Source: a virus (Duplodnaviria; Caudoviricetes). Taken from it: a stretch of 64,000 bases of DNA. The notes beneath the pieces are model-generated. The model worked only from the letters and a program-made list of their open reading frames with translations. It was not told the origin of the DNA and searched no databases. The stretch lies in IMG/VR virus record IMGVR_UViG_3300025000_000057, one strand, 5' to 3'. Made by a program: the position numbers and the translations under genes. Below are positions 21,055-30,620 of this stretch, piece by piece. Numbering within the stretch: the stretch's first letter is position 1; every line of letters begins with the position of its first letter.

Positions 21055-22455
21055 TTAACTCTTTAAATTCTTACCTGAAAACATAGCTACCATGGATGAT
21101 GCGATAGCTTCAGTTGAAATAGCTTCATTCTTGCCACCGCCTGGTGTTTCGATTTCTTCTTCTTCGCCAGCGCCATCTTTATGAGCAGTCCCTTGTTGTC
21201 TTTGAGGGATTGGTAATTTCTCAGCCAGTGATTGTCCATCGGCTACGAGATCGGAAATCTGTTTAGATGCAAGAGATTCCGCAATAGTATTGCGATCGTT
21301 AGGACTCTTTCCTTCTACAACGATAGTTAGATCTACAACACGATCTATGGCTACCATTCTAGCCAGTTTCGCGACTTGCTGAGCTAATTTATTACTTTGT
21401 TCAGCTTGGTGCTTTAATGGCTCGGTCTGTTGCTCTGCCTTATTAAGCTTGTCCTTTAATTCAACGATAGTAGCATCAGCAGCTATTAAAGCAGTCTCGG
21501 CGGTAACGGCTCTTTGCTCTACTTGCTCGAGAGATTCTTTATTTGCAGGAGCTGTAAAGGTTGCCATAAACTCCTCTGGTTTAATTTGACCGCTAATTGC
21601 CTTAACAACAAGTTCAACTACACCAATAGCCTTAGAAATCACTTCATCTGTAACTTCACCTTTAATACCACCGAGTTCAGTAGTTAAAGATTCGACTGTT
21701 GTAGTAAAGGTTGCTATATTCTGAACGCGATTTTCATTATTGGAGTTTTCTTGCTGAGAAGAGCCTTCTGTACCTCCTACATTTCCGCTATCCGTGTCTG
21801 CTGGAGGTGTATTAAGACTATTAATCTGATCGTTTATTTCCTTTGCTAATTCGGCTGCTGTCTTACTCACGAACTCAGTCCTCCTTCCTGGCTCATCTTC
21901 GAGATATTCCTTTAGTAGTTGTCTTGCAAATGCGGCAGATTCATCATTACCATTAGCTGCCGCTTCAAGGTCGGGTATAATTACCTGAGCATAAGGATCT
22001 GCCGGAACGTTAACCCAGGATATTTCTTCATACTCCATAACTCCTATAAGCCAGGTACAAACCTTACCATCGTACTTCCTGCCCTTTAAATGTCCACACC
22101 ATCCGGTATCTAATATATCTGCTCCGCAAATTGAGCAGATGGCTGAATCAGCAGAACCACCAATAGACAGGGTTGTATAGGTACTATCAAGAATTCTACT
22201 AGCAACTAGTTCATCAGTTGTTTTAATGATAAGTCGCTGCGTTTGCAGATTCTTTTTAATAACACTATCGGTATGCTCCGCCTTTTGTATCCTACCTACA
22301 GGAGTTCCACTATAAGAGTTGTGATTAAGTAATACAGGTTTCTTATATGGCTTTTTCCATGACTTTACGGAAGTCGGAAAGTAATCCGCTTGGTAGGTAT
22401 TTAGATTCTTGGTAGTAATGTTATGTGTTGCTTCAACAACAGAAAGTAATGCCAC
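21055..22455 (-). CDS. Prohead protease with C-terminal scaffold-like coiled coil
   Basis: PVLLNHN (His), LSIGGS (Ser), EISWVNVPADP; CSICG...CGH...C insertion; coiled-coil C-terminus. Confidence 0.85.
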   Translation of the reverse strand: MALLSVVEATHNITTKNLNTYQADYFPTSVKSWKKPYKKPVLLNHNSYSGTPVGRIQKAEHTDSVIKKNLQTQRLIIKTTDELVASRILDSTYTTLSIGGSADSAICSICGADILDTGWCGHLKGRKYDGKVCTWLIGVMEYEEISWVNVPADPYAQVIIPDLEAAANGNDESAAFARQLLKEYLEDEPGRRTEFVSKTAAELAKEINDQINSLNTPPADTDSGNVGGTEGSSQQENSNNENRVQNIATFTTTVESLTTELGGIKGEVTDEVISKAIGVVELVVKAISGQIKPEEFMATFTAPANKESLEQVEQRAVTAETALIAADATIVELKDKLNKAEQQTEPLKHQAEQSNKLAQQVAKLARMVAIDRVVDLTIVVEGKSPNDRNTIAESLASKQISDLVADGQSLAEKLPIPQRQQGTAHKDGAGEEEEIETPGGGKNEAISTEAIASSMVAMFSGKNLKS

Positions 22456-22463
22456 CTTTTCAC

Positions 22464-24365
22464 CTACCCTTCTTCATTTGATTTAGTAATTGATTCTAAA
22501 TCGTCATCTCCGACTAACCATGCTACAAAAGCATCCCAATCAGAACTATCATAAAGGTCGAAGAAACTTGCTATAGTGTTTAAGCAATTCATAGGAGATT
22601 CTATTTGTCTTAGAGATTCAATAACCATTGTATTTAGACGATGAAGAAGATTATCAAAGTAATTCTCAGCTTTGAATTTAATATCCGGGCCAAGATATGA
22701 TTCTATAGTATACATGAAATTCTTCTTAGTCTGTGCTAGACAACCGGCCAGTTCCATGGAGACTTTATTGCTCGTCTCTCCGGCGTGATAAAGACCGACT
22801 ACAGTCATTACGTCCTTCCTAAGACCGCTAAACTCGTATTTAATATTTAAAGCGGCAAACTCGGAAAAGTCAGGTACACTACCGGCTTTTGTCTTTGTCT
22901 TAGCTTTATTAGTTGGTTTAACTTTATTAGTAGTAGCTGCCGGTTTACCACCACCTGAATTACCGGCTGGAGAGGCTTCTGCTTTCGCATCTGCCGTAGC
23001 CTGAGCTACCGGAATAGTAACTACGTTACAGAACATAAGTCCACGATCGGTAACAGGATCTCGTCCAAGAAGTATGCGCATTTCATCTTCAGTTATAGCA
23101 TTATGCTCGTATTGGAATATGGCGTGGTTTTCTTTTTTGATTTTCATATCCACATCAATTTCCTTAAACAAGAACCGTACATCGTCATTCGGATTTAATA
23201 ATGGATCGAATCCACCTTCGAGAAGTAATTCTTTAATAACCAACTCGTTAAGAAATGCCTCCTGTATTCTTTGTAAGGCTTTGACACTATCGATAATTTG
23301 GTCTGTCATGTTCTCAGCTGTAGCCCTGGCACTTGTAGCACCACGCCCCATTTGAGATTCTGAAACTCCAAGACCGGTAAATACACGACGTTCAAAGTAT
23401 AGTAGATAACTATAGGCATCTATAACTTGATCTAGGGCGACCGGTTCGATATTAACACGTTCTGTTGTAACCAATCCGCCCTCTAATTCCATATTCTCGA
23501 CTTCGTCGGTAAGTTTATCAACATCATCTTGATCGCCCGGCTGTCCATGTTCACCTTCTGTACCAATCTTATAGTGTAAAAATGGGAACAGGTTTCTATA
23601 GATAAGTTTTAATACATTTTCTTCAGCTTGCCGCAGACTGATAATGTCATCTAAGACAGGAACGAGAGACGGAGTACCGAAAATCTTACCACGCTCTCTT
23701 TGATAGTAAATGTGTACAATATCTTCTGCTTTGAACTTAACAGGCTTATCACCCGCATCTTGCTGCCAACCCTTAACAGTCCCGACTTTATCCCGTTTTA
23801 CTTGCATATCTTTTACCGGAAGACAAGAATAACCAAGGATTGGATCTCGTCCTCCGATACCTTGTACTTTAATCCCTTTTGGCCACTGAACTTCGCCTTT
23901 ACGCAGTTTAGCCATAACTACGTTTGAATACTTAACCAAGTCCTCGGATTGCTCTAGAAGCCATATATCGGTTGGTTGTTGTGTACATTCCGCCATAAAG
24001 GCGAACCTTGTCTTAAGGTATTGTACGGCGCTAGGGTTTTTACCAACAAGATCCCAACCGGCTTTAAACATCAACTCCGTATACTTACTGACAGACCTTC
24101 TTACATAAGACTCCTTGTTCCAAGCTTCCTCGATCTTATCGAGGGTCATAGTCGACCCTGTATAACTTGGACTGGAGTAGTCTCTGTTGGTAGGGTCGTC
24201 TGATAAGCCTACCTTCTTAACTACCGATTGATACGGATCTCGTTTAGCTCCGGCTTCTTTAACTTCAGGAACTTCTAAAGTTGTAACTGGCGAGACAGTA
24301 GCAGTAAACAAGGGGTGGTTTTTTAATGCGTTCGCCATTATAGCCAGCTTACCCATTAACGCCAC
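22464..24365 (-). CDS. Portal protein
   Basis: 633 aa upstream of the protease; F..EDIVHIYYQRE.G..FGTPSL.PVLDDI..LRQAEE; F.GLGVS..QMG. Confidence 0.85.
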   Translation of the reverse strand: MALMGKLAIMANALKNHPLFTATVSPVTTLEVPEVKEAGAKRDPYQSVVKKVGLSDDPTNRDYSSPSYTGSTMTLDKIEEAWNKESYVRRSVSKYTELMFKAGWDLVGKNPSAVQYLKTRFAFMAECTQQPTDIWLLEQSEDLVKYSNVVMAKLRKGEVQWPKGIKVQGIGGRDPILGYSCLPVKDMQVKRDKVGTVKGWQQDAGDKPVKFKAEDIVHIYYQRERGKIFGTPSLVPVLDDIISLRQAEENVLKLIYRNLFPFLHYKIGTEGEHGQPGDQDDVDKLTDEVENMELEGGLVTTERVNIEPVALDQVIDAYSYLLYFERRVFTGLGVSESQMGRGATSARATAENMTDQIIDSVKALQRIQEAFLNELVIKELLLEGGFDPLLNPNDDVRFLFKEIDVDMKIKKENHAIFQYEHNAITEDEMRILLGRDPVTDRGLMFCNVVTIPVAQATADAKAEASPAGNSGGGKPAATTNKVKPTNKAKTKTKAGSVPDFSEFAALNIKYEFSGLRKDVMTVVGLYHAGETSNKVSMELAGCLAQTKKNFMYTIESYLGPDIKFKAENYFDNLLHRLNTMVIESLRQIESPMNCLNTIASFFDLYDSSDWDAFVAWLVGDDDLESITKSNEEG

Positions 24366-24392
24366 GCAACCACCTACCTTCTAATTTATCAA

Positions 24393-24713
24393 TTACTTTA
24401 TAGTTTTAACTTTTATCTGATCGGCAAGACCTCGGATAACACCAATTAAAGAGTGTGTAATATTACTACCCCTACCGCCGATAAAACCAGCTATAACCGC
24501 CCCTATTACCTTAGATGCTAAACCTCCTTCAAACAATGTAACACCGGTACAAGCAGCAATTCCCGTAGCTACTGCAAAGGAAATACTCATTTTCTGTGCG
24601 GGTGTTAACTCTCTTGGAAGAATGGTAAGTTTTACACCTTCTACAACAGGTTCTGTAATAGCGGAGATAATAATTACTTGCTGTAAACCGTCAATAATGA
24701 TATCGGTATTCAT
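24393..24713 (-). CDS. Holin (putative)
   Basis: 106 aa with 2-3 hydrophobic segments, GGRGSN.TH.LI motif, adjacent to the endolysin. Confidence 0.7.
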   Translation of the reverse strand: MNTDIIIDGLQQVIIISAITEPVVEGVKLTILPRELTPAQKMSISFAVATGIAACTGVTLFEGGLASKVIGAVIAGFIGGRGSNITHSLIGVIRGLADQIKVKTIK

Positions 24714-24714
24714 A

Positions 24715-25815
24715 TCAAACCTCCATCTTTAATGTAACTGCTCCATAATGTATCAAGGTTCTATACAATACCACAGCAAGTTCAGCCCTGGTTAAATTAT
24801 CATTGGGATTAAATTTTCCTGTACCCTTCTTGAATATATCAAGAGTTGTCAGGCCATTTATTACATCTATCATACTGGGTCGTAAGTTGCTTACATCACT
24901 AAAGATATTACTGGCTTTAGGAAGCGAAGTGCCACACCTAATAAACAAATTTCCAACAATAACAGCGAATTCTGCCCTTGTTATATTGTTTAATGGTCTA
25001 AAGGTACCATCATCGTACCCTCCAAACAAACCAAGAGCATTCGCTTGATAAACGGCTTGCGTAGCCCAGATACATTTCGGGTTTGGTATATCAGTGAATT
25101 TCTTAGGAGCGCGATCTTCTTTAATTCCAAGAACCGCTGCTATCCTAACAGACATTGCCACAACCTCTGCTCTAGTACATCCGGCATTGGGTGTATATAA
25201 TCCTTCAGAACCTTTAACTATACCCATATCGTATAGCTTATTTACAACACTTTCAGCCCAGTGTCCTTGCATATCTTTAAATGGCCCACTGTATGCTAAT
25301 GCATTTGCTACATCGGTTTTAAACTTCTCCCAGGCTACATGTCCGCCAGCTGTAGTATCGGCCCAATCTCGTGGACATTGCTTACGGGTACAATCATAGT
25401 GACGATAGAAATCCTTATAAGAATCCCAACCATACTGTTTACAGAGAGCTACTCCTAATTCAACGGCCTTTTGATAAATAGCCGGCCAACCGTCGCAGAT
25501 ACAAAGTTCAACACCAATCAGAGATGAATTCGCGCCTGCTGGAAACTTACTCTTAATAAAAGATGTATAATCAGCACCAGGGCCAGCATGCCAAATAACC
25601 TCATTATGAGGAGCACACCATAGAATTTTATCTTTATCAACTACATAATGAGCACCTGTATCGACACGATTCCATAGTGACCAATGATTATCTGCATTAG
25701 CCGTCTTTGCGTAATTCCCAGTATAGTGCCAACATACACCTTTTGGTGTTAATACATTATACGTCTTAGCACAACGAATACCTTTCTTCTCCGGTACAAA
25801 CCTCTTTTCAATCAT
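24715..25815 (-). CDS. Endolysin: N-acetylmuramoyl-L-alanine amidase (Amidase_2) + 3 SLH domains
   Basis: WHYTGN...AHYVVD...WHAG...IGVELC...RHYD...K.CP; three F.D....W......L...GI..G......F.P....TRAE repeats. The ATG at 25815 follows AAGGAGG; the track start at 25839 is too long. Confidence 0.9.
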   Translation of the reverse strand: MIEKRFVPEKKGIRCAKTYNVLTPKGVCWHYTGNYAKTANADNHWSLWNRVDTGAHYVVDKDKILWCAPHNEVIWHAGPGADYTSFIKSKFPAGANSSLIGVELCICDGWPAIYQKAVELGVALCKQYGWDSYKDFYRHYDCTRKQCPRDWADTTAGGHVAWEKFKTDVANALAYSGPFKDMQGHWAESVVNKLYDMGIVKGSEGLYTPNAGCTRAEVVAMSVRIAAVLGIKEDRAPKKFTDIPNPKCIWATQAVYQANALGLFGGYDDGTFRPLNNITRAEFAVIVGNLFIRCGTSLPKASNIFSDVSNLRPSMIDVINGLTTLDIFKKGTGKFNPNDNLTRAELAVVLYRTLIHYGAVTLKMEV

Positions 25816-25829
25816 GTTTAAGACCTCCT

Positions 25830-26723
25830 TTATAACCATGCAGATACTAATCCGGCTCCGGTATCAGCCTCTATTCCTAAAGCTCCAATATCTTTAGCCA
25901 TCACTTTTAATATTAAGTACAACTCTTCTTCAGAAGGTCTTTTGTTAAACCTTCGTCCGTACTTCTCAATATATAAAGCGGCCATACCTGCTACATGGGG
26001 GCAAGCCATACTTGTACCAGACAAGGCTCCGTATTTACCATCGGGTAATGTAGACCATATGTGATCGCCAGGGGCGGCTAGGTCTACTTCGTTATTAGTG
26101 TTAGAGAATTTGGCCACCTGTGATGAGAAATCAACAGCTCCTACACTAACTACGTCAGGATACATTGCCGGATAACTAAATTCTTGTGTATTACTATTAC
26201 CATCCCCTTCGTTACCTGCGGCGCAACAAACCATAATACCCTTACCAACAGCCATCTCGATAGCTTGGCGTAACGCAGGACTATCTTCTGGACAACCAAG
26301 ACTCATGTTGATAATATCTACTCCGCGACCATCTTTATCTTTATAATCAATCGCGTAGTAAACACTTATCACCAGCGTACTCACTATACAACTCCCATTC
26401 TTATCAAGAGCTCTTAAAATGAGAAGTTTAGCATCAGGTGCTATCAAACTAATTATGCCAGCTACATGAGTACCATGACAATTTTCATCGTCGTACCGTT
26501 CCGGCGCTTCGCCGGGTACAAAGTTGTAACCGTTTACTATCTTATCGGTTAGAGCCGGATGTGTTCTAGCTACTCCTGTATCAATAATGGCTACGATGAC
26601 CCTCTTACCTGTAGAGGTAGGCCACATAGATCGAGTTTTGATAATATCGAGACTAGGACTATGTACATAATTATCCGCTCCGTCTGCTACATGATTAATA
26701 GAATAGTTGGCTAACTTAAACAT
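25830..26723 (-). CDS. Subtilisin-family (S8) serine protease, no signal peptide
   Basis: Intact triad: AIIDTG (Asp), HGTHVAG (His), GTSMACPHVAG (Ser); AAGNEG oxyanion Asn. Confidence 0.95.
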   Translation of the reverse strand: MFKLANYSINHVADGADNYVHSPSLDIIKTRSMWPTSTGKRVIVAIIDTGVARTHPALTDKIVNGYNFVPGEAPERYDDENCHGTHVAGIISLIAPDAKLLILRALDKNGSCIVSTLVISVYYAIDYKDKDGRGVDIINMSLGCPEDSPALRQAIEMAVGKGIMVCCAAGNEGDGNSNTQEFSYPAMYPDVVSVGAVDFSSQVAKFSNTNNEVDLAAPGDHIWSTLPDGKYGALSGTSMACPHVAGMAALYIEKYGRRFNKRPSEEELYLILKVMAKDIGALGIEADTGAGLVSAWL

Positions 26724-27213
26724 TATACTCTCCCACCTTATAAAGAAGTTTTGAGTTAATTACCTCATCCACATTTGAATAACCAGTCCTACCGGGAAGT
26801 AAATCGTAACCTACTCTTTTAAATGCTTCAAGAACTATCTTAGTTGAAAACCATTCTTCCTGGGTATTAAGACCTGTTCTCAAGATGTATCTCAACCTAA
26901 GATATATCTTGATAAACAAACCTTGATCATAACGTTTATTAACTCGATCAAGAGCATAGCCGACAACACCATTGATAGCATTGTCGGCTATGCTCTGGCC
27001 GGCCATATCGCGGTACCTGTATATTGAATATGCGCAACATTTTCTAATATCAATTAAATCGACACCGTACAAAGGTAACGCTACAATCATCATAGTATTA
27101 GAAATGGCAAGACCTATATGATTGGATGACTTACCAGTAATGGCTGATAAGAACTTGCTTAATATAGTATTAGAACGAATTGATACAATATCTCCACGTT
27201 TCATCTCAATCAT
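26716..27213 (-). CDS. Permuted papain-like amidase (YiiX/YaeF, C92-like), Cys replaced by Ser
   Basis: GDIV...S..NHIGL...YRY...Y.....YD...WFSTKIVLEAF (canonical Y/F-C-S-E-L-V). Confidence 0.6.
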   Translation of the reverse strand: MIEMKRGDIVSIRSNTILSKFLSAITGKSSNHIGLAISNTMMIVALPLYGVDLIDIRKCCAYSIYRYRDMAGQSIADNAINGVVGYALDRVNKRYDQGLFIKIYLRLRYILRTGLNTQEEWFSTKIVLEAFKRVGYDLLPGRTGYSNVDEVINSKLLYKVGEYNV

Positions 27214-27242
27214 CGTCTAAACCACCTCTATTTATATTACTT

Positions 27243-27284
27243 GTTACAAGAACAGGGTCGACCAGTCGACCCTGTTCTTGTAAC
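27243..27284 (-). terminator. 20-bp perfect hairpin after the fibre gene (terminator/processing site)
   Basis: GTTACAAGAACAGGGTCGAC-CA-GTCGACCCTGTTCTTGTAAC. Confidence 0.65.
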
Positions 27285-27300
27285 TTATTAAAGATTAAGC

Positions 27301-29235
27301 TTATTCTTCCCACTTGAAGATTACAACGTCGCCTTCGACAACGATATCCGGAGCGAAGTCAACAGCGTTGCCACGCCCGGTAACTCCGATTTCTGTTTCG
27401 GTGTAATGTACGGTCGGGGCTTGTAAAGAACCGTTAACAAATACGTCCATGCTACCACCCATCGGGAAGGTTGCTTCATCGGGAACTGTAACTGAACTAA
27501 CACCAGCTTGTCCAGCACTGATAACCACAACTTTCTTATTATGCTGATGGTACTGACCTTCTAGTGTAGTTACCCGAGTATCCAGGGCAGTATCAGCATC
27601 GGTACGAGCAGTGACTTCAGTTGCCAGGTTGGTAGCGATTTCAGCCAGTGCGCCCTCGACAGTTGTGGCAGTAATCTTATTACCTGTATCCTCAATACCA
27701 ACAAGAGATGCACCTTTCGCATTAGTAGTAGAGGCAAGATTTTCTACAATAGCCGTATCGGCATTAGCACGGGCAGTTGCTTCATTACTGATATTGGTCT
27801 GAAGAGTAGTATCGGCAGTACTTCTGGTAGAAGCTTCAGATTCGATATTGGTTTGAAGTTCTGCTAAAGCCGCTTCAACAGTAGTAGCGGCAAACTTATT
27901 AGCACTATCTTCGATACCGATAAGAGAGGCGCCTTTAGCATTATCAGTGGCAGCTAGATCTGTTTTATGAGTAGCCAGGCCGGTAGCAGTATCATCTGCA
28001 ACCTTAGCTTTAGCATCGACAACGGTTTCAACGTCAACAACACGAGCTTCAAGACTTACAAATGCAGCTGCATCAATCTTCTGAGCAAAATAACCGTTAG
28101 TAGAGGCCGCATCACGAGTATGAGTAGCTGCAACTTCGGCACCACCGGTATCTTCAAGAGTACTTACCCGCCCTTCGATTTCAGTCAGAGCGCCTTCAAC
28201 GGTAGTAGCAGTAATATTACCAGCAACATCTTCAATACCGATTAAACTTGCGCCTTTAGCGTTAGCAGTAGATGCAAAATCAGTACGAATTGCGGTATCA
28301 GCATCGGCACGAGCGGTTGCTTCGGCATCAGCTTCATCAGCCAGTTCTGCCAGCGCACCTTCAACGGTAGTAGCAGTGATCTTACCAGCAAGATCCTCGA
28401 TACCGACGAGAGATGCTCCTTTTGCGTTAGCGGTAGAGGCGAAGTCGGTACGAATAGCAGTATCGGCATTAGTTCTGTTGGTAACTTCAGTAGCTAGGTT
28501 AGTGGTGACAATATCGATATTGCCTTGTAAAACACCCTCAGCATCGGTAGCACGGGTTACTTCGTTACTTACCTGAGTTACAAGCGGAGTAACTAAGTTA
28601 GCTTCGCCGTCTCTATCGAGATCGACTGTACCGTATATGTCGACAGCCAGTTGCTCGATGTTTAAGTGGGCTGTCACATCAGCAGCTCCGTCAACAAACT
28701 TCTCATTCATCGAGAAAGCTTCGTCAACATCTCTTAAGGTAAACCTGCGGATATACTGAGCATCGATATTGGTCGGAGCTGCAAATGTGTAAGCAGTTTC
28801 GGTCTCACCATCGGTGGTATAGAAACTTAACTTAAATCCGCCAGCGCCGGCATTCAGGGTAGCATCCCATGTCATACGACCATAAACTTCACGGTCATTA
28901 ACATCAAGAATTGGCTCGCCTGTAGCAGAGCTGCGAACGATTGCCTTATTCTTAACAGTAGCATTGGTAGCATCAACGATAACACCAAGTTCTGTACCTG
29001 CTGGAGTAGCCTGTGGATTAACAGCAGCAATAACGTTATCAATAGCAGTGCCATTTGCAGATACTGCGTTTAACTGAACATAATCAAGCATTAATTTGGT
29101 AGCAAGAGCGTTTGAATAATGAGTAGCCCAATCGACATCTAACTTACTCTCAGCAATTGCCGCATCTGCAGCAAAATGAGCATTACCAAGTGAACCGGCT
29201 TTAATTTGCACGTCACGAATCTTTACAAAAGCCAT
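27301..29235 (-). CDS. Repeat-rich fibre/whisker-like virion protein (Ala/Thr-rich coiled coil)
   Basis: Four A.GASL.GIED......ATTVE.AL.E repeats, heptad segments, C-terminal VFVNG module; own RBS AAAGGAGG and flanking hairpins. Confidence 0.7.
   Translation of the reverse strand: MAFVKIRDVQIKAGSLGNAHFAADAAIAESKLDVDWATHYSNALATKLMLDYVQLNAVSANGTAIDNVIAAVNPQATPAGTELGVIVDATNATVKNKAIVRSSATGEPILDVNDREVYGRMTWDATLNAGAGGFKLSFYTTDGETETAYTFAAPTNIDAQYIRRFTLRDVDEAFSMNEKFVDGAADVTAHLNIEQLAVDIYGTVDLDRDGEANLVTPLVTQVSNEVTRATDAEGVLQGNIDIVTTNLATEVTNRTNADTAIRTDFASTANAKGASLVGIEDLAGKITATTVEGALAELADEADAEATARADADTAIRTDFASTANAKGASLIGIEDVAGNITATTVEGALTEIEGRVSTLEDTGGAEVAATHTRDAASTNGYFAQKIDAAAFVSLEARVVDVETVVDAKAKVADDTATGLATHKTDLAATDNAKGASLIGIEDSANKFAATTVEAALAELQTNIESEASTRSTADTTLQTNISNEATARANADTAIVENLASTTNAKGASLVGIEDTGNKITATTVEGALAEIATNLATEVTARTDADTALDTRVTTLEGQYHQHNKKVVVISAGQAGVSSVTVPDEATFPMGGSMDVFVNGSLQAPTVHYTETEIGVTGRGNAVDFAPDIVVEGDVVIFKWEE
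27640..28445 (-). repeat. Four intragenic repeats (NAKGASL.GIED....ATTVEGAL.E)
   Basis: Copies near 27650-27725, 27870-27945, 28190-28265 and 28355-28435. Confidence 0.85.
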
Positions 29236-29306
29236 GTGTTAAAATCCTCCTTTAAATAATTACTTAGTGTCTAACAAATATATTACGCCGATTAGCATGG
29301 TAATTG

Positions 29307-30506
29307 CTAATCAGTGCATACACTTGAAATCTTTTTAAGACCAGTATTTTCAATGAAACGTTTAACTTGACGTTCTCTATTCGGATCGTCAAAGTCTATG
29401 TATTCTTGAATGTTACCGGCCAACCGATGAATTTGCCTGGTAATCTTCTTGGTTAGTACATTGTTAATCAAATCTCTTCTGTTAAGCTCATCCAGTTTAT
29501 TCATCTTTGCAGCGTCTAAGATAGAGTTGTCTAAGTTATAACTAATTTCCTCCATACTCGAAAGAGAACATTCTACAAGTTCAAATAAACTATAATCGCT
29601 ATCTTCGTCAGTGACCTTTGCTAACCATTTGGTTAATGAACGAGCCTTATTTAAGTGTAGATCACGAAGTTTATTAATCGTAATATCAAGAGTGTCTCTC
29701 ATTGAGTTATTACCAACGTTAGTAAGTCGGGTATGAATAGCCTGACTCTTACTTCCCAGAATACCCATCCTTACTTCTGCCATACTCTTAATACTGTCGA
29801 GATGTCCCGAGGGAGCTTCGGTAAGAATCGTAACAACATCTTTTATCTTGTCATTAAAACGTTGATTAACGTTAGAGGACATTGCTTCAGTTGAATCCTT
29901 AATGAACTTTTGTAAACCCTCGACTCTTTCTTTATTAACAGATTTAACCTTCGCTTCAATAGCAAGCGCATCAAGATCTATCTGACTTGGGTTGTTCATA
30001 GCATCGATTACACGTATATTTAAAGCCTTGTTCTCTTCATCCCTTAGCTTAATAAGTTCGTCTTCTCTAAACTTAACCTTACCAAAGAAAATCCCGCCAA
30101 GTCTGGTAACGTATCCGGTTAATTCCTCGTGCATATATAAGAGTGCTGGATAAAGTTCTGCTTGAACACTTCCTTCGATAGATGTACGGTGAAAATCGTC
30201 AAACTGAGCAACTATCTCAGAATTACTTTCGGCTCGAGCCTTCTGATATTCATTAAACTGACACGGGCCGGCGAGTTTCTTTGAACTAAGGCATTCCTCT
30301 ACCTGGCTAATTAACGTTTCAAGATTATCTTTAGCCGCCATAGCTTCTGTAAGTAAATCTGAAGCCAGGATACTATTAGCATCCTTTAATTGACTCGGTA
30401 GATTATCTGATAACTCCTGTCTAGTTGAAACTCTGATCCAGTTGATATCCGGGTCATATCCTAGTATTGGTTTGTAGCTAAGATATTTCCTTTCAAAGCT
30501 TTTCAT
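29307..30506 (-). CDS. Hypothetical helical protein (399 aa)
   Basis: ATG at 30506 follows GGAGG; helical, charged. Confidence 0.7.
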   Translation of the reverse strand: MKSFERKYLSYKPILGYDPDINWIRVSTRQELSDNLPSQLKDANSILASDLLTEAMAAKDNLETLISQVEECLSSKKLAGPCQFNEYQKARAESNSEIVAQFDDFHRTSIEGSVQAELYPALLYMHEELTGYVTRLGGIFFGKVKFREDELIKLRDEENKALNIRVIDAMNNPSQIDLDALAIEAKVKSVNKERVEGLQKFIKDSTEAMSSNVNQRFNDKIKDVVTILTEAPSGHLDSIKSMAEVRMGILGSKSQAIHTRLTNVGNNSMRDTLDITINKLRDLHLNKARSLTKWLAKVTDEDSDYSLFELVECSLSSMEEISYNLDNSILDAAKMNKLDELNRRDLINNVLTKKITRQIHRLAGNIQEYIDFDDPNRERQVKRFIENTGLKKISSVCTD

Positions 30507-30516
30507 AAATACCTCC

Positions 30517-30550
30517 AAAAGAAAGGTTTACCCCGGAATTCCGGGGTACC
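30517..30550 (-). terminator. Intrinsic terminator downstream of terL
   Basis: Perfect palindrome TACCCCGGAATTCCGGGGTA (30529-30548) followed on the minus strand by AACCTTTCTTTT. Confidence 0.65.
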
Positions 30551-30620
30551 CATTAATAAGAGGTTAGAGATTAGCGACAGATTAACCAGGAAACCTATCG
30601 CTATGGCAGGAACTCCTGCC

